Made by a program: the position numbers and the translations under genes
Shown here: piece after piece, positions 8,124-16,523 of the stretch
Numbering within the stretch: the first letter of the stretch is position 1
Layout of the letters: the number at the start of each line of letters is the position of its first letter
IMG/VR virus record: IMGVR_UViG_3300049182_000029
Span: 1 to 38,263 of that record
Strand: one strand, 5' to 3'
DNA from: a virus
Taxonomy: Duplodnaviria; Caudoviricetes
DNA length: 38,263 bases
Notes under the pieces: model-generated
Seen by the model: only the letters and a program-made list of their open reading frames with translations
What the model was told of the DNA's origin: nothing
The model's database searches: none

Positions 8124-8386
8124 CGTACTCCACACGTCAGCAAGGGCCGCAACCGGGCCGCGTGGAATAAAACGGGACCGGTAGCGCAAATGATCGCGCA
8201 GGGTGCAATTCCCACAATCCGGGGGCTGGCGCAAGTTCTGCGGCCCAGGGCGTACTGAGTAGTTCAGTAGCTGGCAGAAATCCGGGTATCCGGGGTGGCG
8301 CTCAAACTCTTCTTTCCTCTCATAGGGGTTAGGGGGCGTTTGGGTGGAAATATAAAAACCAATCATCAATCCTAGAGGAAGTAATC

Positions 8387-8986
8387 ATGGACAAGAACAA
8401 GAATCAAAGCGCTGAAACTGCGCAACATTTTTCCTGCGAGATCCTGAACAACAAGGACTTTGCCAATCTGCGGGCTCTGGCGTCGATCGACGTTGCGCCC
8501 CGTGTCATGGTCGATCGCCTGGACCTGATCGAACTGCTGGCCGAGGTTGACGCACTGCGCGGCGGCGCCAGTAGGCCCGCCAGCAAGTACAGCGCCGAAT
8601 TTGAGGAAGCCTGGACCCTGTACCCGAGCCGACCCGGGGCGAGCAAAGCGGCCACCTACAAGGCCTGGACTGCGCGCCTGAAGGCTGGCGCCACCGCCCT
8701 GGAAATGATCGAGGGCACGGCCAAGTACGCCGCGTACTGCAAGGCCGAACGTACCGAAGCCGCCTACATCAAGCAGCCGGCCACCTTTTACGGCCCGGGC
8801 GAGCACTATGCCGCCGACTGGTCGTCCCGCCGGCCGCCTGGGAATGTTGGCCAAGCGGGCCCAGGTCGCGGCCCACGCCCACCACTGAGCGACATCAACG
8901 CCGCGAACAACGTCGAAGCGCTGCGCCTGCTGGGACAGCCCACCTTCTACCCTGACGACGGCATGACGATCGAGGCCGCACCATGA
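8387..8986 (+). CDS. Phage replication protein (initiator C-terminal-type domain)
   Basis: FEEAWTLYP...KAATYKAW...YIKQPATFYG pattern; followed by a loader-like gene. Confidence 0.65.
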   Translation: MDKNKNQSAETAQHFSCEILNNKDFANLRALASIDVAPRVMVDRLDLIELLAEVDALRGGASRPASKYSAEFEEAWTLYPSRPGASKAATYKAWTARLKAGATALEMIEGTAKYAAYCKAERTEAAYIKQPATFYGPGEHYAADWSSRRPPGNVGQAGPGRGPRPPLSDINAANNVEALRLLGQPTFYPDDGMTIEAAP

Positions 8987-9327
8987 GCCACTATTCTGTA
9001 ATTTCATCAGAACACGGCACCGGGAAAATATTAGGCATGAAACTGCTGCGCGACATATTCCCTGAAGCCAAAGCCGATTACATGAATTTCTGCTTGTTTT
9101 CGACCAGCGGGGTACATGGAAGTTATCAGACCATCGAAGAGGCCGAAGAGCACATCAAGGCGCCGACCGATGAAACCTGTAATCGCGTGACATTTCTGAT
9201 TGTCCACCCGCGCATGGTTTGCCTGAAATACGGGAATTGTGAGCCTGAGACGCTGGAGGATATCCAGTTTCTCAAAGCCCTGCGCGCCAGCAGCCACGAA
9301 GAAATTGCACAGATTGGTATGCCATGA
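8983..9327 (+). CDS. Hypothetical protein (lower GC) between the replication genes
   Basis: ATGA-coupled on both sides; FCLFSTSGVHG. Confidence 0.75.
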   Translation: MSHYSVISSEHGTGKILGMKLLRDIFPEAKADYMNFCLFSTSGVHGSYQTIEEAEEHIKAPTDETCNRVTFLIVHPRMVCLKYGNCEPETLEDIQFLKALRASSHEEIAQIGMP

Positions 9328-9986
9328 ACCAGGCCGACGCCCCGCGTTTCTTCGAGCTGCTGGACCTTACCTACGACATGATCGGCGTAGGCCCTGCCAA
9401 AGTCATCAGCCCGGCCGCCAAGGCGATGTTCTTCCAGGATCTGGAGCGCTACCCGCTCGAGCTGCTGGAAGCGTCCCTGGCCGCCCACCGCCAGGACCCG
9501 GAGCGTGGCAAGTTCACCCCGAAGCCGGCCGACATCATCTTCCAGATCGAGCGCCGCCGGAAGGTCAACTGGCTGTCGGCCGACGAGGCATGGTCCCAGG
9601 TGCCCAAGATCGAAGGCATGGCGGGCCTGCTCAACGACGTGAGCGCCCAGGCGCTGGCCGTGGCTATCCCGCTGCTCGATGCGGGCGACGAGACGGCGGC
9701 CAGGATGGCGTTCAAGGGCGCATACACCCGGCTGGTCGAGGTGGCCAAGCTGGAGCGGCGCGGCCCGAAGTACTGGGTTTCCCCCGGCGGTAGTTTCGAG
9801 GAACAACTGGCGGTCGAGGCCGAGGGCGTGCGCCAGGGCCTGCTGGCACCGCCGACCCGCCCGGCTGAGGTGCCGCGCCTGACCAACGAACCCACGCCCC
9901 GCAGTAAGCCGGATCTCAAGGCGCTGCTGCTGTCGCTGAAACCAAAAACCATGTTGCCACTGGAGAAACAAGATTATGAGCCATGA
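9324..9986 (+). CDS. Putative helicase loader / replisome protein
   Basis: FFQDLERYPLE..AHRQDPERGKFTPKPADII, SADEAW and ARMAFKGAY motifs, typical of the gene after phage initiators. Confidence 0.65.
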   Translation: MNQADAPRFFELLDLTYDMIGVGPAKVISPAAKAMFFQDLERYPLELLEASLAAHRQDPERGKFTPKPADIIFQIERRRKVNWLSADEAWSQVPKIEGMAGLLNDVSAQALAVAIPLLDAGDETAARMAFKGAYTRLVEVAKLERRGPKYWVSPGGSFEEQLAVEAEGVRQGLLAPPTRPAEVPRLTNEPTPRSKPDLKALLLSLKPKTMLPLEKQDYEP

Positions 9987-10338
9987 AACCCAAGTCGATC
10001 ACAGCCTGTGCGCGGCCAACTGCCCGATGATCGCCACCAATTCGAAAAGCACGACCGGCGGCGGGGACTGGCTGTGCTTCATCCACTTCGCCGCCGAGGG
10101 CAAACGCTGGGGCCACATCAGCGACGAACTGCGACGGCTCTCATGGTTGGTCGACATCGTCCGGGCCTTGCGCATGGTCGGTCGCCGCAAGAACTATGAC
10201 GAGGTGCGCGAACAGGCCCGCCAAGCCTTCATCCTGGCCCAACGCGGCGATTTGAACATCAAAGACAGCGAGAGCATGGGGTCCTGGATGATCCGCCTGG
10301 AAGGCGTCCTGGCGCAGTCTTGCAAGGAGGGAGCGTAA
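9976..10338 (+). CDS. Hypothetical protein (C..CP...C..H)
   Basis: ORF overlapping its neighbours; GGAG RBS. Confidence 0.7.
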   Translation: MSHETQVDHSLCAANCPMIATNSKSTTGGGDWLCFIHFAAEGKRWGHISDELRRLSWLVDIVRALRMVGRRKNYDEVREQARQAFILAQRGDLNIKDSESMGSWMIRLEGVLAQSCKEGA

Positions 10339-10757
10339 TGGGTGTCCGCAACATGTCGAGCTGCATCAACCCGATCGAGGTACTGATCAAAAAGCAACAG
10401 ATCGGCCGGGAGGACGCGGACAAGGTCGAGCTGCCGGTGCTGGTCCATTTCGACGCCGCGCGTCGTGGGCGTTGCAGCGGAGCCGGGTACAACTTCATCA
10501 GCCGGCATCTGGTCATGGCCCATTACCTCTCGGTCCGGCTGAAGTCGCGCAGCTTCCAGACGATATCGGAGTGCGCCGGCACGCTGTGGCGCAAGGCGGG
10601 TATCCGGCCAGGGGAAGACCTGGGGCTGACCACGAAGGAGTACCGCGCCGTCCGGGCTTGCCTGGGCGTCTACTTCCGGCACCTGCCATACGTAGAAATC
10701 GGCGTGTACATGGAAGCGCAAGCCATCGCGGAGAAGATCATGAATGAGGCTACTTAA
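10338..10757 (+). CDS. Hypothetical protein
   Basis: TAATG coupling; AGGAGG RBS. Confidence 0.7.
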   Translation: MGVRNMSSCINPIEVLIKKQQIGREDADKVELPVLVHFDAARRGRCSGAGYNFISRHLVMAHYLSVRLKSRSFQTISECAGTLWRKAGIRPGEDLGLTTKEYRAVRACLGVYFRHLPYVEIGVYMEAQAIAEKIMNEAT

Positions 10758-10854
10758 CCGTTGTTCGAAATCTTTAGGGGAACAAAATGTTCGCAAGAAA
10801 TGATATCCAGCAGGAAAAAGCGTTATACTCGCAGCATCGTGAAGGGGGCAAATC

Positions 10855-11037
10855 ATGGAACTGAGCAGCCATCAATGGGTTGGAGTTATCACCCTGGCGT
10901 TAATGATCGTGTTCGGTGGCTTGGTCTACTGCGCAACGCTGCTCGAACCCCAAGAGGAAGAGACCGACGAACAGGCCCGCGAACGCGCCAGCGGCCTGGA
11001 CAAGATCATCGGCGCCATCGACCCGGAGCGCCTGTAA
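10855..11037 (+). CDS. Small membrane protein
   Basis: One TM helix WVGVITLALMIVFGGLVYC; acidic tail; AAGGGGG RBS. Confidence 0.65.
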   Translation: MELSSHQWVGVITLALMIVFGGLVYCATLLEPQEEETDEQARERASGLDKIIGAIDPERL

Positions 11038-11354
11038 TGGACAATCTTCCAACCTTCCTCGGCGTCATCGGCGCCACTTCCGCGATTCTGCTGCTGATCA
11101 TCTCCATATGGGGCAACTGGAACGACGCCCGCAAGGCGCGTGACCTCGACGCCCGCTGGAATGCCTACCTTGCCCGCGAACGCGCCCGGGTGCGCCGTGA
11201 GGAAGAAGCCAAGTCAAAGCCCATCGAATGGCCGAAGGCCGATGAGTACCTGGACCCGGCCCACCTGGAAGTGCGTCACGAGACGTACAACGCCAAGGGG
11301 GAAATCGTTCCCGAGCAGCAGAAACCCGGCATGATCTACACAAAGGCGCAGTAA
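11037..11354 (+). CDS. Small membrane protein
   Basis: Start MDNLPT via TAATG overlap; N-terminal TM helix, charged tail. Confidence 0.65.
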   Translation: MDNLPTFLGVIGATSAILLLIISIWGNWNDARKARDLDARWNAYLARERARVRREEEAKSKPIEWPKADEYLDPAHLEVRHETYNAKGEIVPEQQKPGMIYTKAQ

Positions 11355-11509
11355 ATGAGGCAATCGCGCACATTGGCCGAACATTCATCGTCGCAGACCC
11401 GCAGGTCTTCGGCAGAACGTTCGGTTGAAAACGGGGAGATAGAGGGGAAATTTGGTCTGTATCCCCCTCGCGTGCGTGCGCGTGCGTTTAGGGGCTCACA
11501 TTGGGAACG

Positions 11510-11758
11510 ATGATGGAACCCCTGGGCGACTTCCGTGTGGACTGGTTCCGAATCCTGGTGCAACTCCAGGGCGAGGGGTACAGCCTGCACGGGATCGCTC
11601 ACTTTACCGGCATTCCCAAGGCCTCGCTGCTGGGCTACAAGCAAGGCATCCAGCCGACCTATAACACCGGCGTCAAGCTGATCCATTGCTGGGCTCAGGC
11701 CACTGGCAAGGCAACGAGCGACGCGCCGATCGTGAACCGCTACTCCCACATGGCTTGA
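11510..11758 (+). CDS. HTH protein, candidate late-gene activator
   Basis: DWFRILVQL..GYSLHGIAHFTGIPKASLLGYKQGIQP XRE-like HTH; immediately precedes the first late-promoter motif. Confidence 0.7.
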   Translation: MMEPLGDFRVDWFRILVQLQGEGYSLHGIAHFTGIPKASLLGYKQGIQPTYNTGVKLIHCWAQATGKATSDAPIVNRYSHMA

Positions 11759-11760
11759 TA

Positions 11761-11793
11761 GTCGAGATTTCGACCGGTGCGCGCGCCGACAAT
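11761..11793 (+). promoter_or_regulatory. Late promoter motif, copy 1
   Basis: GTCGAGATTTCGAC-N13-GACAAT. Confidence 0.7.
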
Positions 11794-11833
11794 CCGGAAC
11801 GTTACCTTTGATCAACCATCCGGAGTTATCCCC

Positions 11834-12082
11834 ATGAATACCCCAGTCAAGCCTGACCGCGCTGTTTCCTTGCAAACTCCCGGCGATGTCACGCCGACCG
11901 AAGCGCCGGCCAAGCCACCCAAGACGGCCAAGTCCGAGCCGGCCAAGCCATCCGAGCGCCTGCGCGAGAGTCAGGACTACCGCCAGATGCGCGCCGCGGA
12001 TATCGATCCGACCACGCTTACCGCGCCGGTGCTGACCCTGGACGGCTACCTGTGCCCGCCGACGCCAGAAGCCAAGAAGTAA
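11834..12082 (+). CDS. Hypothetical Pro/Ala-rich protein, first late gene
   Basis: GGAG RBS; C-terminal PVLTLDGYLCP. Confidence 0.7.
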   Translation: MNTPVKPDRAVSLQTPGDVTPTEAPAKPPKTAKSEPAKPSERLRESQDYRQMRAADIDPTTLTAPVLTLDGYLCPPTPEAKK

Positions 12083-12118
12083 AACCCCCGATCCACCTCT
12101 CACCGTAGGAGTGTTCCC

Positions 12119-12346
12119 ATGTGCGGAAGCGCCCCAAAACTACCACCTGCAAAAGATCCGAAGGTCGAGCGCGAGAAAATCGCCGCCGAGGCGACGGCAT
12201 CCGCCAATGCCAAAGCCGCAGTCGATCGCAAGGCCAAACGAAACCAGTCGTTGCTTGCCATGGGCGGCGCTATGGGTTCGCAAGGCCAAGTAACCACCAG
12301 CTCGGTCCTGGCTGTCGGCCGTTCACAGATGGGTTCGGGGGGCTGA
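12119..12346 (+). CDS. Small virion-associated protein preceding the portal
   Basis: MCG start, AGGAG RBS; position equivalent to podoviral pre-portal genes. Confidence 0.7.
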   Translation: MCGSAPKLPPAKDPKVEREKIAAEATASANAKAAVDRKAKRNQSLLAMGGAMGSQGQVTTSSVLAVGRSQMGSGG

Positions 12347-12348
12347 TC

Positions 12349-13956
12349 ATGACGGAAGCCCTCGTAACGCAGATCATCCGCCGGAAAGCAGCACTGGAAG
12401 CGGCGCGTCAGCCGCATGAGCATCACTGGCGCGACTGCTTCGACTACTCGTTCCCGGAGCGTGGCGACGGCTTCTATGGGGAAAAGAACGACGCAACCGC
12501 GCTCCAGGCCAAGCGTGCGCGGCTGATGGATGGCACCAGCACCGACAGTGGTCAGATCCTTGCGGCCGCGATCATGTCTGGTGGCACGCCCAGCAACTCG
12601 CGATGGTTCGGTCTCTCGACCGGCCAGGACAGTGACGAAGAGGCGCGTTGGTTTGACCTGTGCGCGGAAGCCGTGTTCGAGTTTATCCATGGTTCGAACT
12701 ACGACGCGGTGGGCTTCGAGGCATGCACCGACCTGGTTCCGGCCGGCTGGTTCGTCCTGTTCATCGACAGCGACCGGGAAAAGGGCGGGCTGCATTTCGA
12801 CCTGTGGCCACTCCCATCGTGCTACATCGCCGCGGCGAAGTCGGGCGGCATGCCGGACACCCTGATCCGCACCTACGAGCTGAGCGCCGAGCAGGCGGTC
12901 AAGGACTTCGGCGAAGAGGCCGTATCCGACAAGATTCGCAAGGCCATGGCAGATGGCAAGCCGGACGAGAAGTTCAAGTTCTGCCAGTACATCTATCCGC
13001 GCGCCGAAGAGGCGAAGGGCGTCCGAGCCAAGAACCTGCCGTTCGCATCCTGTCACGTGGAGCTGGAGACGCAAAAGCTGGTGCGTGAGTCCGGATACCA
13101 CGAATGCCCGTTCGTTGCGCCGCGCTGGGCCAAGTTGCCCAACAGCGACTATGCGGTCGGCCCGATGTTCCGCGCGCTGCCCGACGTAAAACAGCTCAAC
13201 CGGCTGGTCCAGCTGGAAGACACGAACCTGGACATGGCCGTGTCGGGCATGTGGATTGCGGAGGACGATGGTGTCCTGAACCCGCGCACGGTCAAGGTGG
13301 GGCCGCGCAAGATCATCGTGGCCAACAGTGTTGACAGCATGAAATCCCTGGTGTCAGGTGCCAAGTTCGAGCTGTCGTTCACGAAAAAGGAGCAGCTACA
13401 AGCCGCGATCAAGCGCACGCTCATGGCCGACCAGCTCGCGCCGCAGGATGGCCCGGTGCGAACTGCGACCGAAATCCATGTGCGCACGCAGATGATTCGG
13501 CAACTACTGGGCCCGATCTACGGCCGCATGCAAGCCGAGTGGTATCAGCCGATGATCAACCGCTGTTTCGGCCTTGCCCTGCGCGCAGGCGCCCTGCCGC
13601 CGCCACCACAATCCCTGGCCGGCCGATCGTACAACGTTGTGTTCGTCTCCCCGATGGCCAAAGCGCAGAAGCTGGAAGAGGTCAACGCCGTGGAATCGTC
13701 CCTGGCTGCGGTCGGTCAGCTTGCCCTGGCCACCCAGGACATGGGCGTGTGGGACAACATCAACATGGAAGAGTCAGTCTCGATCATCCTGGAAGGTCGC
13801 GGCGCCCCGGCGCGCGTGGGCCGCTCCCAGGAAGAGATCGCGGCTATCCGTGAAGAACGGGCCAAGGCACAGCAGCAGGTCCAACAGCAGCAGCAGCAGG
13901 CTGAAATGGCGCAGAAGGTCGCGCCACAGATGGCCAAGAACGCCGGAGGCGTATGA
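12349..13956 (+). CDS. Portal (head-tail connector) protein
   Basis: TPSNSRWF, PFVAPRW..YAVGP..ALPDVKQLN, TATEI..R and LGPIYGRMQAE motifs of T7 gp8/Bbp21-like portals. Confidence 0.95.
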   Translation: MTEALVTQIIRRKAALEAARQPHEHHWRDCFDYSFPERGDGFYGEKNDATALQAKRARLMDGTSTDSGQILAAAIMSGGTPSNSRWFGLSTGQDSDEEARWFDLCAEAVFEFIHGSNYDAVGFEACTDLVPAGWFVLFIDSDREKGGLHFDLWPLPSCYIAAAKSGGMPDTLIRTYELSAEQAVKDFGEEAVSDKIRKAMADGKPDEKFKFCQYIYPRAEEAKGVRAKNLPFASCHVELETQKLVRESGYHECPFVAPRWAKLPNSDYAVGPMFRALPDVKQLNRLVQLEDTNLDMAVSGMWIAEDDGVLNPRTVKVGPRKIIVANSVDSMKSLVSGAKFELSFTKKEQLQAAIKRTLMADQLAPQDGPVRTATEIHVRTQMIRQLLGPIYGRMQAEWYQPMINRCFGLALRAGALPPPPQSLAGRSYNVVFVSPMAKAQKLEEVNAVESSLAAVGQLALATQDMGVWDNINMEESVSIILEGRGAPARVGRSQEEIAAIREERAKAQQQVQQQQQQAEMAQKVAPQMAKNAGGV

Positions 13957-14180
13957 CCCACCCCACCCCCGAGCTGTACAAAGCCCTGTTCGAAGACGAC
14001 AAGCGCGGCGCGGCCATCCTTGAGCACCTGATTCAGGTGTTCGCCCGTGATGCCGTGGTCGAGGGCGGCATCGATGCAGTGCTCAAGACCTACAAGCATG
14101 CTGGCCAGCGCAAGGTGCTGGACTTCATCGCAAGTCAGATCAACCGCGCCAATGGCGTTCAAACTCAAGAGGAAGAATAA
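13953..14180 (+). CDS. Bbp19-like protein
   Basis: YKALFE..GAAILEHL...GQRKVLDFI; directly after the portal. Confidence 0.75.
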   Translation: MTHPTPELYKALFEDDKRGAAILEHLIQVFARDAVVEGGIDAVLKTYKHAGQRKVLDFIASQINRANGVQTQEEE

Positions 14181-15400
14181 TGGGTATCGCAACTCTCACC
14201 GGCTCGGGCTGGTCCGTGCCAGCGCTCCAGGGCGCCAGCAACAAGCAAACCTATCTCGGGCAGGTCGCCACCGGCTGCGGCGTGCCGAACAACCTGCACG
14301 CGTCCAACCTGTTCAGCTACAGCCGTTGCCCGCACTGGGCGCGCGATGATATCCGCTCGCTGCAAATCGTGTTGCCGAACTGGTACGTCAATGCCTCGAT
14401 GGTCGAGACCAACGGCGGCGGTATCGGCACCTGGACCGCATCGATCGAGTACCCGGCCGGCACGTTCACCCAGGTGACGTTCAGCGGCAGTGCGTCGGGT
14501 ACCGTGGCCGCCGGCGCCAATCTGGTTTCGGACGCGGTCGCGGTCACGATCCCGAGCGGCGCCAAGTTCTGGACACGGCTTTGGCAGAGCGCCCCGGGCA
14601 AAATGCTGTGGACGAACCAGTATTGCGGCGACGGTAGTGCGCAGATGGCCTACAGCACCACCTTGGGCGGCTGTCCGGATCTGACCATGGGCGGCACCGC
14701 CGCGACCGTGACGGCGGCCGAGAACGCCATGATGTTGCCCGTCGCGATCATCGCGCAGACCTGCAAGCCGTCGATCGGCATCGTGGGCGACAGCATCAGC
14801 GTCGGCAAAGGCGACATCGGAGACGCGGGCGGACTGCAAGGGTATCTCTCGCGTGCGTTCGGCGGCCGCGCGGCGCTGGTCAATGTGGGCGTCTCGAGCG
14901 ACACCCTGGTCAACTTCATCGCATCCGGCACCAAGCGGCGCGCCCTGGTCAACGACTACTGCTCGCACGCGATTGTCGAATACGGCTCGAACGACGTTAC
15001 CAACGGCCGCACCGCAGCGCAGATCCTGGCCGATACGATCACGGTCCTGGGCTACTTCCCCACCAAGCGCACCGCCGTATGCACGCTGACGCCACGCGTC
15101 ACCAGCACTGACGCATTCGTGACCGAGGTGAATCAGACGGTTCTGGCGTCCGAGGCGGTGCGAGTCGTTGTCAATGCGCAACGTCGGAACGGGCTGGCGG
15201 CGGCCACCACGCTGGGCGTCACCTCGGCAATCTTCGACATTGAGCGGGCGTGCGAAAGCGCGTATCTTAGCGGCAAGTGGCAAGTTATCGGCGGCACGAT
15301 CTCGCCGGCGACTGCCACCTACACGGACGACGGGGTGCATCCGAATCGCACGGGCTACATGGCCATCGCGGCAAGCATTAACCCGGCGACGTTTATCTAA
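14180..15400 (+). CDS. SGNH/GDSL hydrolase (esterase/deacetylase) with N-terminal beta-rich domain
   Basis: Blocks VGDSI, NVGVSS, YGSND and DGVHP. Confidence 0.88.
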   Translation: MGIATLTGSGWSVPALQGASNKQTYLGQVATGCGVPNNLHASNLFSYSRCPHWARDDIRSLQIVLPNWYVNASMVETNGGGIGTWTASIEYPAGTFTQVTFSGSASGTVAAGANLVSDAVAVTIPSGAKFWTRLWQSAPGKMLWTNQYCGDGSAQMAYSTTLGGCPDLTMGGTAATVTAAENAMMLPVAIIAQTCKPSIGIVGDSISVGKGDIGDAGGLQGYLSRAFGGRAALVNVGVSSDTLVNFIASGTKRRALVNDYCSHAIVEYGSNDVTNGRTAAQILADTITVLGYFPTKRTAVCTLTPRVTSTDAFVTEVNQTVLASEAVRVVVNAQRRNGLAAATTLGVTSAIFDIERACESAYLSGKWQVIGGTISPATATYTDDGVHPNRTGYMAIAASINPATFI

Positions 15401-15418
15401 ACCACAAGGGGAAACAAC

Positions 15419-16273
15419 ATGAATTTCAAGCATCTGATGAAACGATACATGGAAGAGGCCGACGCGACAGGTGGCTCAGGCGGCGCGGCCGTGACAGGCG
15501 GCGACACCGGCGCCGCGACCACGCAGGCAGCAGCGCCTGATTCGATCCTGGCCAACGGCGCGGGCGACATCACGCCAAGCGCCAACGATTTCATCCCGGA
15601 GAAGCTGCGCGTGATTAAGGAAGACGGCTCGTTCGATCTGGAAGCGTCGAGCCGCAAGGTCGCGGAAGCCTATGGCAACCTGGAAAAGCGGTTTGGCGCC
15701 GGTGACGTACCGCCCAAGGAGGCCAGCGAGTACAAAGTCACCGTGCCGGATGCGCTCAAGGAGGCGTTTGACCCAGCCACCGACGAGGGTACGCAGGACT
15801 TCCTGAGCAAGGCACACGCCGCCGGCTTCACCCAGGCGCAGATCGATCTGGTCATGGACCGGTACTTCGACATGGCGCCGAAACTGGTTGCCGGCGCGTT
15901 GCAACATGATGTGGCAACCGCTACGGCCGAGCTGCAAAAGACCTGGACGACTGATGCCGATCTCAAGCGCAACGTCAAGAACGCATACATCGGCGCCAAC
16001 GCAGCCGCACAGAAAGCCGGCCTGGATATCAATGCCGTCATGTCGAGCGGCCTGGAGAACAACCCCACGTTCCTGCGCCTGATGGCCGCCCTGGGCCCGG
16101 AGTTCCAGGAAGACCCAGGCGCCGGCAATGCGACGATGGTCAACGAGGAGGACATCAATTCCCTGATGGCCTCCGAGGCCTACACCAACCAGCGACACGC
16201 TGACCACGCCAAGGTCAGCAAGAAGATCGCCACCTACTTCGAGCGCAAGTACGGCAACGAAGCTGCTGCCTGA
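15419..16273 (+). CDS. Capsid assembly scaffold protein
   Basis: IPEKL..YGNLEKRFG..PPKEASEY; C-terminal EAY...H.DH..V; precedes the major capsid gene. Confidence 0.85.
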   Translation: MNFKHLMKRYMEEADATGGSGGAAVTGGDTGAATTQAAAPDSILANGAGDITPSANDFIPEKLRVIKEDGSFDLEASSRKVAEAYGNLEKRFGAGDVPPKEASEYKVTVPDALKEAFDPATDEGTQDFLSKAHAAGFTQAQIDLVMDRYFDMAPKLVAGALQHDVATATAELQKTWTTDADLKRNVKNAYIGANAAAQKAGLDINAVMSSGLENNPTFLRLMAALGPEFQEDPGAGNATMVNEEDINSLMASEAYTNQRHADHAKVSKKIATYFERKYGNEAAA

Positions 16274-16292
16274 TCTTTCAGGCGTTCCACCC

Positions 16293-16320
16293 AAGGGCCC
16301 GCCACTGCGCGGGCCTTTTT
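16293..16320 (+). terminator. Rho-independent terminator after the scaffold gene
   Basis: GGCCCGC-cactgc-GCGGGCC-TTTTT. Confidence 0.8.
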
Positions 16321-16336
16321 CATGCCTGCGGTAAAT

Positions 16337-16370
16337 GGTCGAGATTTCGACCAGTTCCCCGCGCAATCAT
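16337..16370 (+). promoter_or_regulatory. Late promoter motif, copy 2 (capsid)
   Basis: GGTCGAGATTTCGACC; core followed by N13-AATCAT. Confidence 0.7.
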
Positions 16371-16382
16371 TGCCACCAATCA

Positions 16383-16494
16383 AGGGCCTGACGTGGCGCA
16401 CAGACAACCCTACAGCCCGCACCACCGCATGACTAGCCGATGCGTTGGCGTACGAACAGGCCCGGATGCCGGACAACCTGAAAGGCGAAAACCT
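16383..16494 (+). promoter_or_regulatory. Structured 5' leader of the major capsid mRNA
   Basis: Two hairpins with identical C/ACAA internal loops plus two minor hairpins. Confidence 0.55.
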
Positions 16495-16523
16495 AACCCA
16501 TATTCACCTTTTGGAGCAACAAC

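Noticed and set aside
8025-8258. 77-aa ORF and the antisense ORF 7941-8369 over the structured region
   Set aside because: No clear RBS or protein motif; the sequence is better explained by base pairing, although a leader peptide cannot be excluded
12121-12348. N-terminal extension of the portal in the ORF track, and similar extensions at 10761, 17940, 20986, 21605 and 26695
   Set aside because: These overlap upstream genes or terminators; downstream ATGs with RBS or translational coupling are better starts
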